From: Bacteroidota bacterium
GTDB lineage: Bacteria > Bacteroidota > Bacteroidia > UBA4408
NCBI GenBank assembly: GCA_046297395.1
Contig: JBKCNM010000032.1
Location: 36,312 to 100,311, forward strand
Length of the DNA stretch: 64,000 bases
Direction of reading: 5' to 3'
Shown here: piece after piece, positions 18,352 through 29,110 of the stretch
Layout of the letters: every line of letters starts with the position of its first letter
How positions within the stretch are numbered: the first letter of the stretch is position 1
Notes under the pieces: generated by a model
The model's database searches: none
Told to the model about the DNA's origin: nothing
What the model saw: only the letters and a program-made list of their open reading frames with translations
Program-made: the position numbers and the translations under genes

Positions 18352-20901
18352 TTACAGAAAATTCTTTTCCCTGAGATAATCATCGAGTGCCTGCTCCGTT
18401 TGAAACATGACTTGTCTGGCTTTGCTGCCTTCGTTAGGGCCCACAATTCCCGCTGCTTCCAGCTGGTCAACAATCCTACCTGCGCGGTTGTATCCCAGCT
18501 TGAGCCTGCGCTGAAGCAAGGAGGTTGAACCCTGCTGGTGCTGAACGATAATTCGCGCCGCTTCAACAAAATACTGGTCTATTGAACCCAAATCCACTTC
18601 TTCTTTCTTTTCACCTGCATCCTCCCCTGTAAATTCAGGCAACTCGTAGGCACTTGGGTAACTCTGCTGGGCACCTATAAATTCGGCAATTTTCTCTACC
18701 TCAGGCGTATCGACAAATGCACACTGTATCCTAACCAAGTCATTTCCTGTGGAGAGCAACATGTCGCCCCTGCCAATAAGCTGTTCGGCACCACCTGCAT
18801 CCAAAATGGTTCTGGAGTCAATTTTTGCCGAAACACGAAATGCAATCCTTGCAGGAAAGTTTGCCTTGATGGTTCCTGTGATGATGTTCACAGATGGCCT
18901 TTGAGTAGCAATAATCAGATGTATTCCTATGGCTCTTGCCAATTGAGCAAGGCGGGCTATGGGCATCTCCACTTCTTTTCCGGCAGTCATAATCAGGTCT
19001 GCAAACTCATCAATTACCAGCACAATGTAGGGCAGATACCGGTGGCCGTGGTTGGGATTCAGTCGCCTGCTGATGAATTTGGCATTGTATTCCTTTAGAT
19101 TTCTTACCTGCGCATCCTTCAGAAGTTCATATCGGTTATCCATCTCAATACATAATGAATTGAGTGTATAGATTACTTTTTTTGTATCGGTAATAATGGG
19201 CTCACCGGAATCAGGAAGCTTTGCCAGAAAATGTTTCTCAATAATGTTAAACAGGGTGAGTTCTACCTTTTTGGGATCTACCAGCACAAACTTGAGTTGC
19301 GAGGGATGCTTTTTATAGAGCAGAGAAACAAGAATTGCGTTGATGCCTACCGACTTCCCTTGGCCTGTTGCACCAGCCATGAGCAAGTGCGGCATTTTTG
19401 CCAGATCGGCTATGAAAATATCATTGGATATGGTTTTCCCCAGTGCAACAGGTAAATCAAATTCAGTATGCTGAAATTTTTCTGAAGACATGATGGAACG
19501 CATAGAAACTATTTCGGATTTCAGGTTAGGCACCTCGATGCCTATGGTCCCTTTTCCGGGGATGGGTGCGATAATTCGGATACCCAGTGCTGAAAGGCTC
19601 AGCGCGATGTCGTCTTCAAGGTTTTTAATCTTCGATATCCGAACACCCGGAGCCGGTACTATTTCATACAAGGTAACCGTTGGACCGACGGTGGCTTTTA
19701 TTTTGTCAATCTCTATTCCATAATTTCTGAGCGTCTCAATAATTCTGTCCTTATTGGTGTTCAGTTCCTCATTGTTGATGGTGATTGAATCTGAACCACG
19801 CACCTCCAGAAGATCTATGGGAGGATGCTTATAACCGGAGAGATCTAGTTTGGGATCATAATCAACCTGTTTTTCACCCGGTAATTGAACAGCCACCAGT
19901 TTTTCAGTTTCAAATTCTGAGGGCACCGTTGTTTCATGCGATACAGATGGAGCAGGCTTTTCAATCTCAAATGCTACCTGCCCATTTGTAACTATGGGAT
20001 CAGGGGAACTTTCCGGTAAGCTTACCTCAAGCTTGATGTCCGATTCTCTGACGGGAGGGAAGATGGATTTTTTGGCTGCTGCATCAAACATGATGACCGG
20101 TTCTCCCTGGCTGAACCTTTCAACAAGAGGATTTACGATATCCTTTGGTTCTTGTACCGATGATTCTTTTGAGGCCTCATCCGTAATTGTAGTACTTTGC
20201 TCTACCACCTTCGCCTCTATTCTGTCACGCTGAGGCATGAGCGACAACAGAATTTTTCGGTAAGCGATAACAGCGATACCGAGCATAAAAACCAGCATCA
20301 AGTAGGTCCCTGTGATTCCCAGCCAGGATTCACTGATTTGTGCCAGTTGGAATCCAAAAGTGCCGCCCACAAACTGATATTTTTCATTAAAAAAACATCC
20401 CAGAGAAAATGAGATGGAAACTACCCATGGCAGCAAGTGAAAAAAGGTGGTTCGGGGGCGAAAAAGAGACTTTTGAAACAAGAGGTTCATCCCCCATTGA
20501 AAAGTTACTGCCGAAAAAAGGAGGGTCGCAAAACCAAATCCCTTTGCGATGGTAAAATGACTGAGGATTGCACCGGTCTTGCCCAGAAAATTACCTGCGA
20601 TTTTATTGTCTCCGGCCAGCCAACCTGAAAACAAATCGGACACCAGGTCATTATCTGAACGCCATGTAAAAAAATATGAGACTCCTGAAACAACAAAAAC
20701 AACGGTAAAAAAAAGAAGCGACAAGCCTGCAATTCTTGCTGTGCGGTCGTCTGCCAGCATACCTGCTATCCCTTTGGCCTTTTTGTCTGCATTGCTTTGC
20801 TTTTTCAGGTAGGGCGATTCATTAGACACATCTTCTCCCTGAGAGGAAGCAGGGGCCTCGGGCTGACTATTTCGATTCTTTTTTCTTGTGGTTTCTGCCA
20901 T
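18352..20901 (-). CDS. ftsK: DNA translocase FtsK/SpoIIIE
   Basis: N-terminal TM segments, Pro/Glu-rich linker, C-terminal motor with Walker A (GATGQGKS) and gamma wHTH domain. Confidence 0.9.
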   Translation of the reverse strand: MAETTRKKNRNSQPEAPASSQGEDVSNESPYLKKQSNADKKAKGIAGMLADDRTARIAGLSLLFFTVVFVVSGVSYFFTWRSDNDLVSDLFSGWLAGDNKIAGNFLGKTGAILSHFTIAKGFGFATLLFSAVTFQWGMNLLFQKSLFRPRTTFFHLLPWVVSISFSLGCFFNEKYQFVGGTFGFQLAQISESWLGITGTYLMLVFMLGIAVIAYRKILLSLMPQRDRIEAKVVEQSTTITDEASKESSVQEPKDIVNPLVERFSQGEPVIMFDAAAKKSIFPPVRESDIKLEVSLPESSPDPIVTNGQVAFEIEKPAPSVSHETTVPSEFETEKLVAVQLPGEKQVDYDPKLDLSGYKHPPIDLLEVRGSDSITINNEELNTNKDRIIETLRNYGIEIDKIKATVGPTVTLYEIVPAPGVRISKIKNLEDDIALSLSALGIRIIAPIPGKGTIGIEVPNLKSEIVSMRSIMSSEKFQHTEFDLPVALGKTISNDIFIADLAKMPHLLMAGATGQGKSVGINAILVSLLYKKHPSQLKFVLVDPKKVELTLFNIIEKHFLAKLPDSGEPIITDTKKVIYTLNSLCIEMDNRYELLKDAQVRNLKEYNAKFISRRLNPNHGHRYLPYIVLVIDEFADLIMTAGKEVEMPIARLAQLARAIGIHLIIATQRPSVNIITGTIKANFPARIAFRVSAKIDSRTILDAGGAEQLIGRGDMLLSTGNDLVRIQCAFVDTPEVEKIAEFIGAQQSYPSAYELPEFTGEDAGEKKEEVDLGSIDQYFVEAARIIVQHQQGSTSLLQRRLKLGYNRAGRIVDQLEAAGIVGPNEGSKARQVMFQTEQALDDYLREKNFL

Positions 20902-21039
20902 GAAATCCGCCGCTAAAAGCCTAACAAAAGTATTTTAATTGCCTTCGACTGGTTAAGAACGATAAAAAATACATCAACAATTTAAGGTTGATAACCCCTG
21001 TTCATGAAAAAAATTGTGTCAAAACAAAGGAATACAATT

Positions 21040-23466
21040 TCAACTCTTGTTGCCGTATCCGTAGCTGTAACCATAGCCATACCCATAGCCGTATCCATAC
21101 TTGCCAAGGAAATAACCAAACTTACCCATACGGACTTTATTCAGGATAAGCGCGTATTTTGGATTGCTGTTGATGGTACTCATTTCATGGAACATGTTCA
21201 GTGAGTCGCGATAAGGAAATCTGGAGTTAATCACATTGACTGCTACATCACAATGTTTAATGAGTTCCACTGCGTCCGAAAGAATTGAAAATGGAGGTGT
21301 ATCAATAATTACATAGTCAAATTTTTCTCTTCCATAGGAGAAAATATCATTGATGTAATCACTTAATATAAGTTCACTGGCGTTTGGTGGAATGCTGCCG
21401 CACAGAAGCAGGCTAAGGTTGGGAATCGGCGATTGCACAATACAATCGGCAGTTTTGTTTTTGCCAATCAGAATATCGGATATTCCGGTCTCTGCCGTGT
21501 AGTTAAAGGCAGCACCAATACGGGGTTTATGAAGGTCGAATTCAAGCAAGAGCACTTTCTTGCCTGAACGGGCAAGAATCACGCTCAAATTGATGGAGCA
21601 AAATGTTTTTCCTTCACCCGGATTTTTGGAAGTTAAAAGATACACCCTGCAGGGGTTTGGTTGCGTAACCTGATACTGAAGATTGGTGCGGATGATCCGG
21701 AATGATTCCATGATCGGTGATTTTGGATTGAATCCGAAAATGGAATTTTCTGATTGTGCTCCTTTCGATTCATTCATATAAAGGACATCACCCAAAACAG
21801 TAAGAGATGTTTTTTCTTTGAGTTCATTGATTGATTCCACTTTCTCAAAAAAGAGCGTAATTACAAAGACAAGAATGACAGAAATAGCCAAACCTACACC
21901 CATAAATGTGAAAGTGATTCTGAATTTGTTTGGCCTTACAATACCATTTGATCTGGCTGACTCAATGATTTTGGATTCCGGTACAATACCGGCCCTGGCA
22001 ATCTTCGTATTGGCTTTTCGCTCAAGCAGGTATTCATACATTTTCTGATTAATCTCCAGCTGCCTTTGTATGTTTAGCAACTCTCTCTGCCTGGTCGGAA
22101 TCTCCCAAATTTCTCCTTCATATTTTTTGATGTTTATATCCAGCTTTTCGATTTGCTTGAGGATATCGCTCTTGGCATTTTGAGCATATTGAATGAGCTT
22201 TTCTTTTTTATATTGAAGATCTTTTTCAAGGTTCTTCAATTCCACAATACTCATTTGCTTTTTGTTTCTTTCAACAAAGATTCTTTCCTGTACTTCATAG
22301 ATCGATTCCAAGGCTTTCTTCAGGTAAAATTCATCATCCGGAAGAAAAAACAAAGGAGGTGTCTCGCCATTATCCGGACGATCAATAATCATTTTTAGTA
22401 CACCGTTATAGGCCTCTATGTTTATTTGAAGCTTCTTTTTAATTTCTTCGGCTTCAATTATCTGATTGAAGAAAATTTCCTCTTCTTTCCCAAGATTCAG
22501 AATGGCCTTATTTTCCCTGTAAGCCTGCAACTGACCCTGAAGTTCCTGTATAATCTTCTCAAGTTCATCAAGTTGTTTATTGATATACTCTATGGTTCTT
22601 TCGTTGATTTGCAATTTGGATCTCAGGGAGTAATTAATAAACACATTGCACAGGGAATCCAGCACGATTACGGCCCTTTCAGGAATATTGTCTTCATACA
22701 TCACCTGAATGATTCCGGTGTATTGGGGAATCTCACAATTCAGAGACTGCTTCACTCTCTGTATCATGTAATTAGGATGATGGACCAAGAACTTATACTT
22801 TGAATTTTGAACCAAAAAAAGATTCTTAGGGGTAACCACAGGATTAAGGGTTACCAACATATTGAAATTGGTAGAAAGAGCACTCTCACCAAATTTGTAG
22901 ACATGCTTGAATTCTTTCTGCCCTAACTTATACGATATCTCGTACTTATCGAATGAAAGGATATTGAGAAAAATCGGAGCTTCATACAACTCCGGGCGAA
23001 TGTTTTCGACCTTTACCTTAAAAGGTAAATCAGAAAACACCTCGGTGGTTTTAAAACGGCCAATGATAAAGTAAGCCACATCCAAATTGAGATTCGACAG
23101 GGCATCGCTAATCAAATCGTGTGATTTAAAAACCCGGATTGCATTGTAGTTCTGGGTATAGTCAAAGTAACCGGCATACATCATTACACCTGTACCTTGT
23201 GTAATGGTGTTGTTGGCATCATAAGTATCATTTGATTTTATCAATATCTGCGAACTTGCAGAATACACATACTCTAAATCATAGGTGTAGATATAAGCGA
23301 ATAAGTATGAAAGCACCTGTGAAGCAAGTAAAATTATCCAGTTCTTGGAAAATATCTTCCAAGCCGATTTAAGGTCACCGGCATCAATCAGGGAATTTGT
23401 TTTGCTTTTCACGGACTGAAAATAATGATCGTTTTTTTCCTTAAAATGATGCGCAATATACAACAA
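21040..23466 (-). CDS. polysaccharide co-polymerase / BY-kinase (Wzc-like tyrosine autokinase) with (GY)n C-terminal tail
   Basis: Wzz-like N-terminal region, two TM segments, C-terminal CpsD/CapB ATPase with Walker A (KNPGEGKTF) and terminal tyrosine cluster KYGYGYGYGYGYSYGYGNKS. TTG start in ORF track. Confidence 0.8.
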   Translation of the reverse strand: MLYIAHHFKEKNDHYFQSVKSKTNSLIDAGDLKSAWKIFSKNWIILLASQVLSYLFAYIYTYDLEYVYSASSQILIKSNDTYDANNTITQGTGVMMYAGYFDYTQNYNAIRVFKSHDLISDALSNLNLDVAYFIIGRFKTTEVFSDLPFKVKVENIRPELYEAPIFLNILSFDKYEISYKLGQKEFKHVYKFGESALSTNFNMLVTLNPVVTPKNLFLVQNSKYKFLVHHPNYMIQRVKQSLNCEIPQYTGIIQVMYEDNIPERAVIVLDSLCNVFINYSLRSKLQINERTIEYINKQLDELEKIIQELQGQLQAYRENKAILNLGKEEEIFFNQIIEAEEIKKKLQINIEAYNGVLKMIIDRPDNGETPPLFFLPDDEFYLKKALESIYEVQERIFVERNKKQMSIVELKNLEKDLQYKKEKLIQYAQNAKSDILKQIEKLDINIKKYEGEIWEIPTRQRELLNIQRQLEINQKMYEYLLERKANTKIARAGIVPESKIIESARSNGIVRPNKFRITFTFMGVGLAISVILVFVITLFFEKVESINELKEKTSLTVLGDVLYMNESKGAQSENSIFGFNPKSPIMESFRIIRTNLQYQVTQPNPCRVYLLTSKNPGEGKTFCSINLSVILARSGKKVLLLEFDLHKPRIGAAFNYTAETGISDILIGKNKTADCIVQSPIPNLSLLLCGSIPPNASELILSDYINDIFSYGREKFDYVIIDTPPFSILSDAVELIKHCDVAVNVINSRFPYRDSLNMFHEMSTINSNPKYALILNKVRMGKFGYFLGKYGYGYGYGYGYSYGYGNKS

Positions 23467-23629
23467 ATAGGCATTAAGTTAGATTTTAAACGCCACCTTT
23501 CTGATGGAAAGGAGTATAGTGCATTTCTTGTGCATTGATGACCCATAAATGAGGAGGTAATAGATAGTTGGCCTGTCCCTTATTTTTAGGAGAAGCAACG
23601 GAATTTGAGTCAAAAATAGTGGTTATTCT

Positions 23630-24292
23630 CTACTTCCTGAGAGAGGCAATCCTGGTCATTCCACCTTTTACAATATCATCTTTGTTAACAAGGATGGTAG
23701 AATCAATAGGAAGGAACAAATCAACACGAGAACCAAATTTGATGAAACCAAATTCAGCATTTTGCAAACAGACATCACCTTTGTTAAGACGGCAAACCAT
23801 TCGGCGTGCAAGGGCTCCGGCTATCTGACGCATTAGCACAGGGCCAAAACCTGTGTTTTGTATCACAACTGTTGTCCTTTCATTCTCTGTTGATGATTTT
23901 GGATGCCAAGCAAAAAGATATTTACCGGGATGGTATTTGTAATAACTCACCATGCCGTTGCATGGATTGCGATTGATATGAACATTGAAAGGAGACATAA
24001 ATATGCTCACCTGAATAGCATCAGTCTTAAGATATTCCGGCTCGAATACTTTTTCGATAACAACTATTTTACCATCAGCAGGAGCAATGATGGCATCCGT
24101 ATCAGATACCTGTATTCGCTCCGGGTTGCGGAAAAATTGTAAAATAAGCACCAGAAAAAGAATCAATAAAAAAGCAATAAATAAAGACCAAGATGGAGGC
24201 AAATAATAATGTGAGGCCAGAGAAAGCGGCAAGGCAATGGTTAAAAAAAGCAGCAGAGTAGCTTTGCCTTCTGGATGAAACCGATACTTCAT
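23630..24292 (-). CDS. psd: phosphatidylserine decarboxylase family protein
   Basis: 220-aa Psd-like sequence with the …FGSRVDLFLP… processing region. N-terminal TM segments. Confidence 0.8.
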   Translation of the reverse strand: MKYRFHPEGKATLLLFLTIALPLSLASHYYLPPSWSLFIAFLLILFLVLILQFFRNPERIQVSDTDAIIAPADGKIVVIEKVFEPEYLKTDAIQVSIFMSPFNVHINRNPCNGMVSYYKYHPGKYLFAWHPKSSTENERTTVVIQNTGFGPVLMRQIAGALARRMVCRLNKGDVCLQNAEFGFIKFGSRVDLFLPIDSTILVNKDDIVKGGMTRIASLRK

Positions 24293-24315
24293 TTTCTTGT
24301 TTTTATAGCGTTTGA

Positions 24316-25677
24316 TTATTGATTACTGACCCTTCGAAAAGCCCGTTTACTCATTTTTGTACCTAATCTCCAGATGATAATCAGCGAAGAAGTATAAAAC
24401 AAAGTGCAGGGGATTTTATAACGCACCAAGGCACCGAAATTGGCTGTTGAAAGGCCTACAAAGAAAGAAAAAAGTATTGTGTAAAAGGTGCAAAAAACAA
24501 GAATGGGTTCATTTAAAATAATTCGAAAAAAATTGACAAGGCCCACCTTGTAAACAATGTATAGTAGCAGTAAAATGAAGGCGGAATTTTCAAGAGCCGA
24601 AATAAACATGACAAAATTTTTCGCTTCCCAAATAAAAGGCCTGAATAATCCGGCGGTAAGTGCAGGAAAAAATTTAGATAAAATACCGGGAATGGTGGGA
24701 TCAAATGACCCGATATCGAAGGAATTTCCCTGGTAGTATTCCTGCTTTAAATCATTTTGGGTTACTGACGCCTTTACCAAGATTGATTCCAGAGAAGAAT
24801 ATTGTCCCAGACTGCTTCGTGTAAAAACAAAAACAACTGACATCACACCAATAAAAACACTAAGGATAACTGGAGCAAGGATAAATTTTACGATTCTGTT
24901 GTCGAATCCCGAAATGTATTTAAGTGCGACCCATAGAAACAACCCAATCATCAGGCTCACAAAAATATAGGGTTTAATAGAGATTACAAGCATGGCTGCA
25001 AGGATGGCGGAAATAGAATAGGAGAAAATACTTTTCCTGAGGATGAAAATACTGTAAATGCTATAGGTCAACCAAAGTGCACCGCAGAGAGTATAGGAAT
25101 CCTTCATGATTCCACCTCCCCAGAAGCAGACCGAGGGAATAAACAGCACAGAAAATGCAAAATGACGATATAATTGAGGATAATTATTCACAAAAAGAAG
25201 ATACAACTTCCAAAAACCGGAATAGGTCACTAAGCTTAAAACAAGTGTTGCCGGGATGTATGAATTAAAAGAGACATATTGAAATACAGAGGTGAATCTC
25301 ACCACAGAAAATGATTGAGAATCGTACCAGTATCCGGGATATCCAGTTTTTAAATCAAATTGAAAGTAATTTTCCAGCGACCTGTCATTCAGCATGATTC
25401 TGATATAGGCAGCCGGTTTTTTAAAACTTAATTTCTTTAAAGCAAGGCTTGAAAACTGATAAGCAGTTGAATCCCCTCCGTTGTAATAGTAGACATAAAC
25501 AATGCAGAAAAAAAAGGAAAAAACAAGTTTAAACAATAGCCCCGTTGAGAAAAACCGATAGTGTGGCTGAGTGGCTATTCGCTCTGATTGATAAATTTTT
25601 GCAAACTGATAGAAAATAAATATATACAAAAACCCTAACAGGAAATCCCATTCATTGACATAAGTATTTTCAAACAT
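24316..25677 (-). CDS. polytopic integral membrane protein (putative Wzy/EpsG-like polymerase or glycosyltransferase; function unknown)
   Basis: 453 aa, at least 10 hydrophobic helices, no soluble domains. Sits between wzc/psd and a GT4 gene. Confidence 0.45.
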   Translation of the reverse strand: MFENTYVNEWDFLLGFLYIFIFYQFAKIYQSERIATQPHYRFFSTGLLFKLVFSFFFCIVYVYYYNGGDSTAYQFSSLALKKLSFKKPAAYIRIMLNDRSLENYFQFDLKTGYPGYWYDSQSFSVVRFTSVFQYVSFNSYIPATLVLSLVTYSGFWKLYLLFVNNYPQLYRHFAFSVLFIPSVCFWGGGIMKDSYTLCGALWLTYSIYSIFILRKSIFSYSISAILAAMLVISIKPYIFVSLMIGLFLWVALKYISGFDNRIVKFILAPVILSVFIGVMSVVFVFTRSSLGQYSSLESILVKASVTQNDLKQEYYQGNSFDIGSFDPTIPGILSKFFPALTAGLFRPFIWEAKNFVMFISALENSAFILLLLYIVYKVGLVNFFRIILNEPILVFCTFYTILFSFFVGLSTANFGALVRYKIPCTLFYTSSLIIIWRLGTKMSKRAFRRVSNQ

Positions 25678-25701
25678 TCGGTGTAAAAATACTTAATTTG
25701 C

Positions 25702-26946
25702 ATGGGAATGAAAAAACGGATCATATACATCTCGTATGATGGGATGACAGACCCTCTTGGGCAGTCTCAGGTGCTTCCTTACCTGAAAGGTATTTCACTT
25801 GCAGGCTATTCAATTACACTGATAAGCCTCGAAAAAGAAATACCTTTTGGGCAATCAGGTAAAGAAATATCCGAATTATGTGAAACGCATTCAATCCATT
25901 GGATTCCTAAAATCTATCAAAAAAAAATACCCGTTCTTTCGCCAATACTAAACCTATTTAGCTTGATTCAAGAATCCGACAAGCTGCAAAAACAAGCGAT
26001 TTTTAACATGATCCATTGCCGTTCCTACATGTCAGGAATCGTTGGTTACAGAGCCAAGCATAAATATGGTACCACTTTTTTGTTTGACCCAAGGGGATTC
26101 TTTGCAGATGAAAGAGTTGACGGAAATTTATGGAACCTCTCAAATCCCATCTATCGGTTGGTTTACAGGTATTTCAAAAAAAAGGAAAAACAATTCATTA
26201 CTCAGGCAGACCATATTGTGTCGCTCACCCATGCGGGGAAAGAGGTGATTTGCAAGAAAATCTTGCCCGGTTTTCCACCTAATAAAATAACCGTCATTCC
26301 CTGCTGTGCTGATACCCAGCTTTTCTCACTTGCCTCAATAGATCATGGTAAGCTGAATACCATGAAAGCTTCCTTGGGATTAAGCAATAAGTTTGTGCTC
26401 ATCTATCTGGGAGCCGTTGGAACATGGTACCTGACCAGTGAAATGATGAAGTTTTACGCTGTACTCCGAGAAAAAAAAACAAATACCCATTTTCTTTTTG
26501 TAACCGCTGAAAACCCTCAAATTATCATTGATGAAGCTGCTAAATGGCAAATTCCACAGACGGAGATTACCATTGTTAAATCACCACGCAAACTTGTGCC
26601 CTATTACCTTGCCATGAGCGATGCGGGAATCTTTTTCATCAAACCTTCCTTTTCCAAACAGGGCTCCTCTCCTACCAAACTCGGCGAAATGCTGAGCATG
26701 GGAATCCCTGTAATTTGCAACGCAGGAGTAGGCGATGTAGAAAGTATCATCAGCGCCACCCAAACAGGAGTATGCCTCAAATCTTTTTCTGAAACCGAGA
26801 TGACTGATGCAATTGAAATTATTGCCGGCATGAGTGACAAAAGCATGAATGTTGAAAAAGCACAAAAAGCAATTGCCTTTTTCTCGCTCGAGCAAGGAAT
26901 TAAAAGCTATCTGGGTATTTATGAATCGCTCTTGGGAAAACCTTAA
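25702..26946 (+). CDS. glycosyltransferase family 4
   Basis: N-terminal …IIYISYDGMTDPLGQSQVLPYLKGIS… typical of this GT4 subgroup. C-terminal GT-B motifs (E…GIPVIC). Confidence 0.8.
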   Translation: MGMKKRIIYISYDGMTDPLGQSQVLPYLKGISLAGYSITLISLEKEIPFGQSGKEISELCETHSIHWIPKIYQKKIPVLSPILNLFSLIQESDKLQKQAIFNMIHCRSYMSGIVGYRAKHKYGTTFLFDPRGFFADERVDGNLWNLSNPIYRLVYRYFKKKEKQFITQADHIVSLTHAGKEVICKKILPGFPPNKITVIPCCADTQLFSLASIDHGKLNTMKASLGLSNKFVLIYLGAVGTWYLTSEMMKFYAVLREKKTNTHFLFVTAENPQIIIDEAAKWQIPQTEITIVKSPRKLVPYYLAMSDAGIFFIKPSFSKQGSSPTKLGEMLSMGIPVICNAGVGDVESIISATQTGVCLKSFSETEMTDAIEIIAGMSDKSMNVEKAQKAIAFFSLEQGIKSYLGIYESLLGKP

Positions 26947-27407
26947 TGATGGTATTTGCTGCCATGCAAAATGGTGAATGCCCGGTATAGCTGCTCTACA
27001 AAAAATAAACGCACCATTTGGTGTGTAAAGGTCATCTTTGAGAGAGAGACCGAACCTTTTGATTTGTTCCTTAACTGATTGGAAAATCCATAAGGTCCAC
27101 CACAGACAAAACAGATTGTTTTTGTTGACTGATTCATTGAAGACTGGAGGAATCCTGCAAATTCCTCAGAGGTAAAAGTTTTTCCTTTTTCATCAAGCAA
27201 CCATAGATGCCAGTCGACATCTACTTTTGAGAGAATCTGCTTTTCCTCAGCTGCAATCTGTTGCTCGGGGCTGAGGCTTCCTTTTAATTCAGGGAGACAG
27301 ATATATTCATAAGAGATGTACCGATGAATCTTTTCCTCATATAAGCGAATTCCTTCAAGTAAATAGGCATCCCTCGTTTTACCGGCAACCAGAAAAATAA
27401 TCTTCAT
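26943..27407 (-). CDS. rlmH: 23S rRNA (pseudouridine1915-N3)-methyltransferase RlmH
   Basis: 154 aa, SPOUT family, matches RlmH along its length (MKIIFLVAGKTRD…CGGPYGF). Confidence 0.9.
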   Translation of the reverse strand: MKIIFLVAGKTRDAYLLEGIRLYEEKIHRYISYEYICLPELKGSLSPEQQIAAEEKQILSKVDVDWHLWLLDEKGKTFTSEEFAGFLQSSMNQSTKTICFVCGGPYGFSNQLRNKSKGSVSLSKMTFTHQMVRLFFVEQLYRAFTILHGSKYHH

Positions 27408-27410
27408 CTG

Positions 27411-28217
27411 TTACTTCACATCCACCAGCTCAACATCAAAGATGAGCGTGGCTTTTGCAGGAATCACAGGCGGTCTGCCTGCTTCACCATAAGCCAATTG
27501 ATAAGGGATGATCAGCCTGGCTTTCTCTCCGGTGCGAAGCAAACCAATGCCTTCGTCCCATCCCTTAATCACCCTTCCCTGACCAAGAGGGAACTGTATG
27601 GGCTGATCGCGTTCTACAGAACTGTCGAAAATTTTACCATCCTCAAAATAACCGGTATAATGTACACTTACAGTTTTATTGGGTTCTGCTTTCAAGCCTG
27701 TGGCATTTTCATTCAGGCGTATCCACTTAAGACCACTGGCTGTTTGCAAGGTGTCTTTTCCGGACACATTATAGGGCACAGGCACAAATGGATCTTTTGC
27801 GTCGAGCAATTCAACCTCAAAAATGAGCGTGGAATTGGGAGGAATTGTTCCCATGTTTCGGTCTCCATAACCCAAATTCGGAGGAATGGTAAGACGGGCC
27901 TTGTCCCCCACTTTGAGAAGGGCAATTCCCTCGTCCCAGCCTTTGATAACCTGTCCGGCCCCCAGCTTGAAGCTAAATGGTTGTCCGCGCTTCACACTGC
28001 TGTCAAAAATAGTATCATTGGTAAGCCTGCCCGTGTAATGAACAGTAACCTTGCCATTTTTTACAGGACTGCGACCATTGCCCTGCTGGAGAATTTCATA
28101 CTTGAGACCGGATGTTGTGGTAATGGTTTTACTAGATTCCATGGATTTGTTTTTATTTTGTGAATAAACGGGTACGGCAAGCAAACTGGCTGCCAGAAGA
28201 ATGACAGAAATTTTCAT
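27411..28217 (-). CDS. FKBP-type peptidyl-prolyl cis-trans isomerase, two tandem FKBP domains, signal peptide
   Basis: Two copies of the V.VHYTG.L.DG..FDSS…G.GQVIKGWDEG… motif. Confidence 0.9.
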   Translation of the reverse strand: MKISVILLAASLLAVPVYSQNKNKSMESSKTITTTSGLKYEILQQGNGRSPVKNGKVTVHYTGRLTNDTIFDSSVKRGQPFSFKLGAGQVIKGWDEGIALLKVGDKARLTIPPNLGYGDRNMGTIPPNSTLIFEVELLDAKDPFVPVPYNVSGKDTLQTASGLKWIRLNENATGLKAEPNKTVSVHYTGYFEDGKIFDSSVERDQPIQFPLGQGRVIKGWDEGIGLLRTGEKARLIIPYQLAYGEAGRPPVIPAKATLIFDVELVDVK

Positions 28218-29110
28218 GGTTTTGCTGATTTGATGACTTTTTTAATTTCAATGTCGAATACCAATGGTGAGAAAGCAGGAATTCTCTCGTTCTCCATGGC
28301 GCCATATGCCTTGGCAGAAGGAATGATCAACCTTGCTTCAGAGCCGGCATGCATACCGGGAATCGCTTCATCCCATCCTGAAATAACCATTCCGATGCCG
28401 ATTGGAAATTTTGCAGGTTCTCCCCTGTCATAAGACGAGTCGAATACTTTTCCATCCAGCAAGGCGCCACGATAATGCACAAGAATGGTATCTCCTTTGT
28501 TTACCAATGCTCCTTTACCCTTCTTTTTCTCAATCACATAAATTCCATTTTTGTCAGGTTTTTGTGTAATTTTTTGTTCTGTTATGTACTTGCTGATGAG
28601 TGAATCTTCTGCTTGTTTGTTTTTCTCGGCCATCTCTTTTCTTTTGTCCATCTCCTTTTGCTGCATAGCCTTGAAATCCTTTTCGGTTTGCACAGCCTTA
28701 ACCCTCATGGTAAATTTGATGTCTGAGCCCTTCTTGAATTCTTTGGGCATCTCACCTCTGAGTGTCTTGGTAAAAAACGAATCAGCACTGAGAATAAACT
28801 GAGCACTGTCTCCGTTATGTAAAAGTTTAAATCCTTCCATCAGATCGCCTTTGAATTCACTTTTTTCCACCTTGATCATAAAGGGTCTGCCAAGTCTTTT
28901 GCTATCGAAAAGGAGAGAATCCTTGATTGAAAAATATTTGAGTTCGAGCGTGAGAATGTCCCCGTCATTTATTTGCTTGCTGCTACCTGTTGAAACAATG
29001 CGATAGTGTAAGCCGGAATCTGTGATTTCGAACTGATCATACCTGCTTTTATTACAAGAAAAAAGGGTAATCAGAACCAAGGATGAGAACAAGAAGATGT
29101 GTTTATTCAT
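28214..29110 (-). CDS. FKBP-type peptidyl-prolyl isomerase lipoprotein (FkpA/GldI-like)
   Basis: Lipobox LFSC. C-terminal FKBP domain (…ILVHYRGALLDGKVFDSSYDRGEP…ISGWDEAI…). Confidence 0.85.
   Translation of the reverse strand: MNKHIFLFSSLVLITLFSCNKSRYDQFEITDSGLHYRIVSTGSSKQINDGDILTLELKYFSIKDSLLFDSKRLGRPFMIKVEKSEFKGDLMEGFKLLHNGDSAQFILSADSFFTKTLRGEMPKEFKKGSDIKFTMRVKAVQTEKDFKAMQQKEMDKRKEMAEKNKQAEDSLISKYITEQKITQKPDKNGIYVIEKKKGKGALVNKGDTILVHYRGALLDGKVFDSSYDRGEPAKFPIGIGMVISGWDEAIPGMHAGSEARLIIPSAKAYGAMENERIPAFSPLVFDIEIKKVIKSAKP

Noticed and set aside
18901-20812. Seven plus-strand ORFs of 63-79 aa inside ftsK
   Set aside because: All are antisense to the conserved FtsK motor and linker. No RBS or start context, and the composition mirrors the ftsK antisense strand.
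21040-21110. Short tandem repeat flagged as a possible CRISPR or microsatellite locus
   Set aside because: The period is 6 nt (GGnTAy codon pairs) within a CDS, encoding the Wzc tyrosine tail. There are no spacers. No CRISPR array exists in the window.
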